From positions 32,001 to 96,000 of the IMG/VR virus record IMGVR_UViG_3300036761_003567: a stretch of DNA of 64,000 bases. The stretch is one strand, 5' to 3'. The first letter of the stretch is position 1. Every line of letters begins with the position of its first letter. Positions 47,831 through 57,600 of the stretch are shown piece by piece. Position numbers and translations under genes: made by a program. The notes under the pieces were generated by a model. It worked only from the letters and a program-made list of their open reading frames with translations, made no database searches and was not told the origin of the DNA. The stretch is from a virus.

Positions 47831-49907
47831 ATGACCAGACAGACGAGATGCAGCCTGGGGCGCCGGGGACCTCAGAAGATCGATGCCAAGTCCTGGTACT
47901 ACGAGTGCAAGGGCCGGATAGAGGTCGTCGTGGAATTCAGAGGCCCCGAGGGCAACTACCTCGGCACGAAACACGTCAACATCCAGGCGTCAAGGCTCAA
48001 GCGGTCGCTGGCCCGGATGGACAGGCGAAAGAGCCAAACTGTGCGGAGTACGCCTCGACGGTGAGGTCACTGGATCGGCCCTGTTGCCACAGCACTATTA
48101 AGGAAGAGTACTGTGCCAGAAAATCCTGACCTCGGCTTGCGCCCTACGCAGCTACGCTTCCTGCGGCTGGAACCCGAGAGGTCCCTGACCGAGAAGCTGG
48201 ACTTAGCAGTAGCCGCCCTCCAGGCGGTCTGCAAGGAAGACGGGCCCGGATGCGACCTTTCGCCAGCTGGACCCTGCTTTCACATCGCCGCGGAAGCACT
48301 GCACAAGATCGTCATCAAGTAACCAGGAGGCACAAAGTGGGCGACCCTACAAGTCACGAGGCGCGAATTGATGCACTGACCGACGAGCGGGATGCACTGA
48401 AGGCCGGAGTAAACGGTCTAGTGCAGGAACGCGATATGTTGCGGACTCGGATAACCTGTGTGGAGGCCGCATACGAGAAACGCATCGCCACTCTGACTGC
48501 TGAGCGGGATGCGCTGAACAAGATCGTCAATAGCCAGGAGGCTAAGGTGCCTGAAACAATCCGCGAAGGGCTCGTCAAGAAGGGTGGAGTGAACGAACCT
48601 CCCACGACGCCTCGACCGCCTCCTCCTAAGGGGCAATGTCCGCCTCCCGTGGAAGGATTTCATGACGGGAAACGATGCCCCTGCGAGTTCGAGGAAATCG
48701 AGCCCTGCGGCAGGATGTGCTCCTGCCGGAACCCGAATATGAGCGGTGCGTGTCGTCGCTGCTGTACTGTCGGATCTCCCGAGCAGCAACTGGCGAAGGC
48801 CCGGTGGCTGGTAGCCCGGGAAATAAACTTCACTATCCTGACCCGCGAAGAGGCCATTGACAGGATCGGGAAGCTGGACGATCCCAAGCTTCGTCCGCTG
48901 ATCAAGTGGATAGCGGAATCCCTGGCGTTCGGGCGGGTAGCTTATGACGTCAGGGTCAACATAGCTGAGGCAGAAAGGTCTGTGGAGAGGATCGTGGAAG
49001 GCCAAAACCCTGGAATCCCTGCTGGCGGCCTTGCTGACCATACACCCGACGTGAAGAAATGGCCCCCTCTGGACCCCGGTACGAAGGTGAAGACCACAAA
49101 GCCTTTCTGGTCTGGCCGCGGTGACTGGACCGGAGAAGCTCTGGCGTCCAGGAAATGGGGCGTCAAGGGGACTATCCTCAAGCATCATGACTCCCACGGC
49201 CTTTGTTACGAAGTCCAGCACGATGACGGGACGGTGGGCCATTATGACCCTTCGGAACTGGAAGTCCTAGACATATATCTGGACGTCCGGCCGGAGTGCT
49301 ACCGCTCCAGGACGTCGCGCATCCGGGAGAAGAAATGAACCTATCCAGGGAGATACGAAGGGAGCTTAAGCGCCTCCGCCGCCAATATAGGTGGGAGCTC
49401 GCCCATGGCTTCATCAAGGACCCTACAACGGGGCTGGACCTATACCGCATGTGCTCTACCACTGCTGCCATCTTCGTCTGGGAGTTCGGGGGTAAGCTCA
49501 CGGGGTACCTCCATCAGCGCGGCCCCCGACCTAACAACAGTGCCGTGATCGTTGCGAAGGGGCTGGGTCACGACTTCTGCCTCATCGACGGCCGCTGGCT
49601 GGTGGACTTCTGGGCGTGGACCGGCCACTGCCTCCCCTTCCGCGAGCGCGACTTATACGACCTCCAGAATCCCAGGGACGACGCCATAGTCGACTACCTT
49701 TATGGGGACAGGTCCACCTGGATGGACACATACGATACCTACATGAACGGATGCGGTCTAGACGTCCTGGGCGATCACCTGGGGATCGTCAGGCGGATCG
49801 GCTATTCGATCGTGATCAATGGAGGCCTGCCGCTCACCGAGCGAATTGCACATGCAAACAGGATGAGGGGGAACAAATACGCGAGGGAGATGGGCTGGTC
49901 AGCTTGA
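47831..49907 (+). other. Hypothetical CDS 47831-48064, 48113-48322, 48337-49338 (mosaic coiled-coil/Cys-rich/SH3-like) and 49335-49907
   Basis: Tight spacing and SD sites. Confidence 0.55.
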
Positions 49908-49961
49908 TGTGTGCTGGCCAATAAGAAGCTTGACCAGCTAGTCCGCAGTACTTATCCCACC

Positions 49962-50125
49962 GTTCGAAGCCTCCGCGTACGCGCGTGACGCGTCCAGAAT
50001 CTCAAAAAGCTGATTCTCTCAAAGCTGATTCTCTCAAAAGCTGATTCTCTCAAAAGCTGATTCTCTCAAAAGCTGATTCTCTCAAAAGCTGGTCAGCGGC
50101 ATAGTTCGAAGCCTCCGCGTACGCG
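49962..50125. repeat. About 5.5 tandem 15-17-bp repeats flanked by 22-bp direct repeats
   Basis: (CTCAAAAGCTGATTCT)n at 50001-50091; GTTCGAAGCCTCCGCGTACGCG at 49962-49983 and 50104-50125. Confidence 0.95.
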
Positions 50126-50149
50126 ATGCGCTCGCCGAGAAGCGATCCG

Positions 50150-50430
50150 AAACGGGACCGGCCGCCCGCCCCCCGCCCGGGCCCCTGGGGGCGGGGGGCA
50201 GCACGCCCCCCGGGCCCGCCGGCCCGGCCCACCCCCCGCCCCCGGCGGGGCGGCGCGACCCCCACCCCCGGCCCCAGCCAAACCCCCCCCCCCACCGGGG
50301 GGACCAGCAGCACCCGGACCCCAGCCCGCCGCCGTCCCGTCTCGGCGGCGCGCCGGAGTCCGCCGCGTCCGGCCCCGTGCCACACCTCCGCGTGTCCGGC
50401 GGTGTGTCTCGGCCCAGCCGGTCCGGCAAA
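50150..50430. other. Extremely GC-rich non-coding tract with C runs and inverted repeats
   Basis: e.g. GCCCCCCGCCC...GGGCGGGGGGC and CCCCCCCCCCCACCGGGGGG. Confidence 0.8.
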
Positions 50431-50446
50431 CCAACGGAGGCTGCCA

Positions 50447-50755
50447 ATGGCAAGCGCCACCGCCGTCCGCCCCGTCGTCTCCGCCCTCGTCGGCCCCGTG
50501 TCCGCCCGCCCCCGCCCGCTCGTCCGCCCCGTCCGGCCGGACTTCCGGCTCTGCGACCTCCGCGTCCCCCCGCTGACCGAGCCCCAACTGCTGGCCCGCT
50601 ACCCGCACATGATCCCCGGCACGCTCCGGCGCGACCCCGTCGCCAACAAGAACGCGGTCGACATCCGGTGCGCGTGCGGAGCGGTCCGGATCGTGTACAC
50701 CTCGGACCTGTTCCACGTCCGGGCGTGCCGCGCCTGCAAGGCCTCCGGCAAGTAG
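50447..50755 (+). CDS. Zn-finger early protein, paralog 1
   Basis: YPHMIPGT...IRCACGAVRIVYTSDLFHVRACRACK. Confidence 0.75.
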   Translation: MASATAVRPVVSALVGPVSARPRPLVRPVRPDFRLCDLRVPPLTEPQLLARYPHMIPGTLRRDPVANKNAVDIRCACGAVRIVYTSDLFHVRACRACKASGK

Positions 50756-50895
50756 TCGCCCCGCGTGATCCCACGTGCGATCTTTGCGACCGGGCCCACC
50801 CAGCAACCTGCGCTGGGTGGGCCCATCTGGTCGTGAAACACCCCTTCCTGCTCGACCCCAGGAAGGGGAGTTCCACGTCCATTAGGAGACCAGAC

Positions 50896-51078
50896 ATGAA
50901 GCGGATCACGCCCAAGATTCGCGGGTACGCCTCGAGAGCAGATCGGGAGCGGGCCATCAAGCAGCTGTTCAGGAAGGGGTGGAATCACTTCGTCTGCTTC
51001 AGGGACGTACAGAGCGAGTTCGCGCTCCAGTACGGCCTCGCGCTCTGGGCCGGCAATTCCCCGTACATCCTGCGTTAG
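50896..51078 (+). CDS. Small early protein (paralog of 61659-61832)
   Basis: ADRERAIKQL.RKG.N.FV.F.D....FAL.Y. Confidence 0.65.
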   Translation: MKRITPKIRGYASRADRERAIKQLFRKGWNHFVCFRDVQSEFALQYGLALWAGNSPYILR

Positions 51079-52146
51079 GAGACCGAACGTGCAGAAGGCG
51101 GAGCAGACGGAGGAAGGGCGGGCGACTGCCACCCTCGGCGTGCTCGCGTTCGTGGCGATCCTGGCGATTCTGTGGCTGATCCTTTAGTGCGCTAAAGGAT
51201 CATATATTGAGGAGGGCAGGTACATGAACCGCTGGACGCTGCTCCGCGCGGCCACGCACACGTACTCGGCCAAGACCGTTGAGGTCCTGGTCGGGAAGGC
51301 GCAATTGCCCACCCTGGTGCAGGTGGGCACGATCATGAAGGACGACCGCACCGTCGCGGAGGAGTTCGCCATGGACCTCGCCATCGAGGGGCTCTACCCC
51401 TTGGACTGCGGGGACCACTGGCGCGTCTACAACATCGCGGCGTAGCCGGCGCGCAAGGCCGCCTCCCTCTCGACCCAGGGAGGCGGATTTGCTTGCCGTA
51501 TACCTCTTTTCAGGAGGGCAGACATGCCCCGCGTCAAGATCGTGGAGAGCGAGAAGCGGTTCCGGCGCGAGCCGGACCGGGCCTCGACCCTGCGCTTCTC
51601 CGTCATCGAGCGGCTGGGACCCGACGCCCAGGAACGCCGTGAGCAGGAGCCGGAGTTCCTGCAGGCCCAGGCCGAGGGACGCGCGTAAGCAAGCCCCGAC
51701 AAGACAGAGGGTTCCCACACCCCTGCACGTTCACTCGTGTCAGGAACTGGGCACTCTGGCTCTGACGTTTTGCGAGCGGCGGCCTCTTTCAGAGGGTCCC
51801 ATGCCAGAGGATTTCGCCCTCAAACCCGACCAGGTGAAGAGCCTGGCCGCGGCAATGGCCCTGTTGTACAAGATCTGCGACGGCTCGAACGAGTCCGTGC
51901 GTCAGGAAGCAGATCCGATCGCGTCGCTCTTGCGGAACTTCATCGCCAGGCACAAGTGAGGAGGGTCAGGCCATGACGAAGACCGAGCGAGTCATGGTGG
52001 CGAAGGTCGCCCGCGAGATTCGCGTCGTCATGCGCACCGTCGGCCGTCATGAGAACGGGAAGGTCAGGGTCTGGATTCGCCAGACCCTCACGCGCTGATG
52101 TGTGTCCGTTTCCACTTCTTTCTCAACTCTCTACAGGAGGTGTACC

Positions 52147-52455
52147 ATGGCGCCCGCCATCGCCGCCCGCCCGCTCGTGGAGGCCGTGAAGGTCTCCAAG
52201 CCGTTCCCGAAGGACGCCCTGTGGGCGCAGAAGAAGGGCCCGATCTCGGAGGCCCAGATCCTCGCGAAGCACCCGCACGCGATCCCCGGGACGCGCCAGT
52301 ACGACGTCGTGGCCAGGAAGTGGGCCATGACGATCCAGTGCGCCTGCGGCGCCACGCGGATCGTCTACACCTCGGACCTGCACCACGTCCGGACCTGCCG
52401 GGCGTGCAAGGCCAAGGCCGACGCCGCCAAGGTGGCCGTCGCGGTCCAGGCGTAA
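52147..52455 (+). CDS. Zn-finger early protein, paralog 2
   Basis: HPHAIPGT...IQCACGATRIVYTSDLHHVRTCRACK. Confidence 0.75.
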   Translation: MAPAIAARPLVEAVKVSKPFPKDALWAQKKGPISEAQILAKHPHAIPGTRQYDVVARKWAMTIQCACGATRIVYTSDLHHVRTCRACKAKADAAKVAVAVQA

Positions 52456-52599
52456 GCCTCTGCTCGCCATGGGACCGGCAATCTTGCCGGTCCCACAAGC
52501 CAGGAGCATCCACCCACCTGCACGTTCACTCGCGCAGGACCTGGATGCTGATCAGCCAGTCCGTCTTCCACTTTCTTGTGGCTCCGACAAGGAGGCTCT

Positions 52600-52860
52600 A
52601 TGACCACGCCCGCCCAGCCGCTCGTCGTCGCCGAGGCCGCCACCAAGGTCGCCAAGATCGCCAAGGCCCCCCGCAACGTGAACGTCACTGTCGCGGACGG
52701 GAAGCTCACCCTCGTCGTCGACCTGTCCGTCAACCTCGGACCCAGCTCGTCCGGGAAGACGAACCTCATCGCCTCCGGCACCGCGAAGGTCGCCGGCTAC
52801 GAGGGCGTGAGCTTCGGCCTCAACGTCTTCAAGAAGGCGAAGAAGGCCGACAAGAAGTAG
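52600..52860 (+). CDS. Small conserved beta-rich phage protein
   Basis: KLTLVVDLS..LGPSSSGKT.LIAS...GLNVF. Confidence 0.7.
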   Translation: MTTPAQPLVVAEAATKVAKIAKAPRNVNVTVADGKLTLVVDLSVNLGPSSSGKTNLIASGTAKVAGYEGVSFGLNVFKKAKKADKK

Positions 52861-53370
52861 GCTCATGGTCCAACGGGCGCGGCCGGACAAACGGGCGGAC
52901 CGGAGGTGACCAAACCGGGAAACCGGCGAAGGGGCCTCGCCCGCCGGCCGCGCTTTTGGGTCCTGATCCCGCGGAGCGAAAGCTCCCTAGTCTCACATGA
53001 CCAGAGGAGGGCAAATGCCCCGAAAGTGTCGATCGCCCCCGGCCAATCCGCCTGAGAGATCCGCCGTGAGCCAGAGTGCCACGGCCGGTTGAGGCACGTC
53101 AGGCACCCGAACAGGGGTAGGCGAATGCCGAGAACCCCAGAAAGGTAGAGATCGAATACTCCTTACATAGCGCCACCTCCAGAGTGCCCATATAAAGGAA
53201 CGGTTTGAAGATTTCTCGTTTCCCCGGGCAAGAGGTGGCGAACCGGTTCAGGACCGGCCTGACCGCGACGAGGACAGGACGTATAAAACCTGTCCGCTCC
53301 GGCTCCGCCAGGACACCGTTCATTCGGGTCTGGCGTCCCGTCGCGGGGAGATCGGCCCCTTTCCAGGAAG
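52860..53370 (+). ncRNA. Structured intergenic RNA cassette A
   Basis: Conserved stem 52860-52886/52944-52971 shared with cassette B; further hairpins. Confidence 0.55.
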
Positions 53371-54356
53371 GTGAAAATATGGACGAGCTGACGCAGCAGA
53401 TGCGGGACCGGCTGGTCGAGATCCTGCTGACCAGCTCGAGAGATGAGGCGATCAAGTACCTGCGCAGGCAGGGCGTCCCCGAGGACCGGGCCATCGTCTA
53501 CGTCGACGACGAGGAGAACCGGCTTCTCGCGTAGGTCGGCGCACAAATATGGGTCCGAACGATGACCGAAGTTCGGTATCCATGAAGAGAAAGGTAACCT
53601 GTTGGCAAGGACGGGGTTTCCTTGCCATTCCGAGTGCCACGGACGGGCATTGGATCGGCAATTGCCAACCTGTTCATCAAGCAACTAATTCCGACGGACG
53701 GAAAGGCTGGACGGCTGGTCAGCAACGTTCGGGCCGGAAACACGTGCGACGCGGTCGTTTCGAGAGTTTCGGGTTGTCGCGGTCTGGCAGGACCAGCCCG
53801 ACCAGCAGACCAGCACCCGGCCTCTTGGATCAATTCTTCAACTCACACGCTGACACGGACCAGTTTGGACCGGTCACGGACGCCCCGGGAAGGGGAAGTG
53901 GCCACGTTTCAGGAGGGGACATGAAGATCGTGTCAGCCACGTACGCAGGCCTCGAGCGTCCGTTCACCAAGGTCAAGGTGGCTGTCCAGTTCGAGGACGG
54001 GACGGTGGACGAAGGCACGATCCTCTTCGAGAACGAGGGTCGGGACATCGATTTCGAGGGCTTCAAGGACGGAGACCGGGTCAGCGAGGCCTTCCCCGAT
54101 CTCGATGAGGCGGACTGGGACAAGATCGAGAAGCCGGTGAAGGAGGGCATGGTGGAGTACGACGCGATCGTCGGACACTGACACAGTTTCCGGCCTTTTC
54201 AGGAGATGGGACATGCCGAAGCAGCAGGACAACTCGACCAGCGCCGCGTGGTTCAAGCGGGACCCCCGCAAGGTGGATCGGCCCGCGAAGAACTTCTTCC
54301 ACCGGCCGCTCACGGTCAAGCTGGACCATCTGGTCAGGCTCAAGCTCGTGCAGTGC

Positions 54357-54660
54357 GGCTCATGATCCAACGGGCGCGGGCTGGTATTCCGTAACGGAAG
54401 CAGGCAGGGAGTTGCCCCGCCGCCAGCCCGCGCTTTTGGGTCCTGATCCCGTGAGGCTTATGGGACGTCCGAGGACGAACGTGGACCTCCTGTTTGCTTC
54501 CAAGGCGCAGACCCAAGAAAGGAGGCCGGACCATGCGGTGAATGTGAAGGGAGGTGGCGACCCACTTCCGTCCCGTAGACCGGGCTGACCGCGACGACGC
54601 GCCAGGCCGTTAATTCGGGCTGGCCAACGGCGCCGCGAGTGGGCTGGTCTCCGATCTCTC
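54357..54660 (+). ncRNA. Structured intergenic RNA cassette B
   Basis: Stem 54357-54384/54423-54451 covaries with cassette A; shares TGACCGCGACGA and CCGTTMATTCGG. Confidence 0.55.
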
Positions 54661-57600
54661 AGTGTTATCAGGACGTCCTTACTCTTGTGTCTCTCCCGGA
54701 TCAGGAAGACCCGGGAATCTTGACGAACCGCAACTGAAATGGACACAACCCCGTGAGATCCCTTTGGGAGGAAGACAATGCGAGCCATAGACCTCAAGGT
54801 AGCCGTCCGGGTCGCGCTGCTGTACGGGATCCGCGGCTTTGCCAGGGCGGATGACACGGGCATCATCTCGCAGGACGAATCGCAGCAGGGGATGCGGGCC
54901 ATGCGCCAGTGGGAGAAGCTGCCCCTCGTCCTGCAGGGCGTGCTGGCCGTCCGGGACATGTTCGCGGCGGTGTGCTCCGATTTCAAGACATCGCCCGAGG
55001 AGTATGACGCGCTGATCCTCGAGTTCTTCGAGAAGGACTTCAGGCAGCCCCACGAAGGGGGCTAACCGAGCGGACCAACGTCGTGGACTCAATTAGGGGT
55101 TGGACCATGACCTTCGCCGAGACGCTCGCTGCAGCCATCAAGCTCCTGGGGCCAGACGACTCCGTGTGCGTCGGCGTGGACGCATGGAGCTACCCGGGCG
55201 GCGACACCCGCCTGACGTGGGACGTCTGGAGCGACAGCCGTCGCATGCACTGGTACGGATCGACGCCCGAGGCGGCACTCGCCGCCGTCCAGTCCACCTT
55301 GGACGAACTGGCGCACGACGCACATCTCCGGATCGAGGCCGTCCAGATGTAGTTCCGGATTCCCATTCCCCTCCCGTATTTCAGGAGTAGGCCCATGTTC
55401 CTGATCCGCGTGGTCGTAGCCCGTCTCTGGGCGGTCCTGACCGGCTTGGCGATCCGCAGCAAAAGCGGCAGGAACGCGTGCGCCTACTGCCGCGGGGCGG
55501 GGTGCGTGCCCGATTCGGGCCTCTTCTCCGAGGCGTGCCCGCTGTGCGGCGGAACGGGAACGTCCTCCCAGGAGGTGGCAAGGTGAAGCCGTCCGAACTC
55601 AAGGAGGGCCAGCACACCGAGATCCGGACCAACGGGGTCTTGTGTGCCCAGTTCACCTTCGAATATGGGTGGCTGGAACTCGTCATGTGGGCGGATGACC
55701 AGGTCGTCGACGAACACATCCCAGACCACCTCCTGGCTGACAAGGTCATGTCCATCCGCTTCAACTACGGGACGTCCTTCCCCCGCAATCCCGAGGGTCC
55801 GAACCCGCTCACGCCCGAGGGTGCGGACGAAGCCTGGGTGCAGATCGAGGGAGACCTGCCACAGATCAAGGAGGCAATGTGATCTATACACAACAAGCTC
55901 TTGGTGAAGTACGACGAAAAAGCGGGATCTCCCTCAAGTCGATATGTGAGAGGAACGGATGGGCCACGACCGAGGCCCTGGCGCTGGCGAAGGACGCCTC
56001 TCTGGCCACGCTGGACGAGGTCGAGCGGCGCTACCTGGACGCGGCGAAGGCCTGCGTCGGGAAGGGGCACAACATCGAGGCGTCGTACGTCCAGGAGCTG
56101 ACCGGCAACGTCATGCGGATCCTGAGACAGGAGGTGAGGGGATGAGGAACCTGGATTCATCCTCCCTGCCAGAGCCTCAATTAAGGGCGGGAGAGATCCT
56201 GATCCCATCCGGTCGCGTCGGCGACGTCGACCTGTTTTCGGCCGCCAACGACGAAGACTTCTGCTCAAGCAAGGAAGAGAAGCTCAGGGTCCGGCAGCGG
56301 AACAGGAAATCAAGAAGGGGGTGACGGGATGAAGGTCATGGTCCGACTCGACAAGCACAAGCAGAGAGCCGTCCGGGAGCAGAACTTCAGCCTGGCGATC
56401 AAGATCCGCTGCGAGATGCGCGCCCGGAGCTATTGGACCCTGTCCACCCTGCTCAGGTCGCTCCTGGGACTCGATCCCTTCGAGAACAGGCGGATTGAGA
56501 AGGCAGCCGAGGCCCTCGACCTCCTGGCGATCAGGAACGCCAGCAAGGCCGGCACCACCCACGAAGCCCTGTTCGGCGACGGCGACAACACCTACGGCGT
56601 CGACCTGGGAGATTTGAAGCTCCTGTAAGGAGATCAAGGTGAAGAAGGCAAAGTACTCTCCCATGGATGACCTGCGCCAGATCGTCAGCTGCATGGACGA
56701 GTACGGGCAGCTCGAGCACGAGGTGGAGGTCATACTCTGGAACGAGGACCCCAAGATGGGACAGGTCCAGGTGAAGCTCATCGACATGACGCTCGAGGAT
56801 GGGGGCAAGAACCCGGCCTTCACGCTCTCCTGGGCCGGGCGCTTCTGCGGCAGGCCGATGCTCCGGATCAAGGGGCCCAAGATCGACGTCCTGATCTCCC
56901 CCATCCCCAAGTTCGTGCTGGCTATCCTGATGGAGGCGTAGCCGACCCGGGAATCTTGAAGAACCAAATGGGAGGTGGCATGATCGAGACCAAGACCAGC
57001 AGCAGGGACCAGGCGGTCGAGTGGCTGGAGAAGGCCATCCCGAACTTCGCCATCCGAGTGGCTCCCGTCTACCAGGCGCTCAACTGGACCTGGTGGATGA
57101 GCCCCGTCTCGCCGGATGCGGCTGCGATCGAGCGGGCGCTGCGGGAGCTGATGACCCACGTAAGGCAGGGGAGCACCTCTGCCGCGACGGGCGGGCTGGT
57201 GGTCGAGCTGACCGAGAAGTGCGGGACGCTGGAGGCGCGGCTGTCGATGCAGGTCGATGAGGAGCGCAAGTTCACAGTGGGAGGTGCCCGATGAAGGCCT
57301 CTTGGAAACCCGAGGGAAGCCATGAGTTCCTGTTCGACTTCGAGCTGGAAGGGGGAGTGAACGACGAGCACATGTTCACGATCGCCTTCAACGCGACGCC
57401 ATTCTCCCCCGCCAAGACGCAGGGAGACCCGGACGACTGCCACGACGCGGAGGGAGGGGAGATCGAGGACCTGACGGTCTTCATCAATACCTACAGTGGC
57501 CCCATGAACGAGGCCTGCACTGTCCACGAGGTCCCTGAGTACCTGTGGCCCGCCCTGGGCTTCGACAGGAAGGTTCTGGTCCAGCAGTGCGAGGACCACG

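Noticed and set aside
50001-50091. CRISPR array
   Set aside because: Units are contiguous 15-17-mers with no spacers, and no cas genes are present
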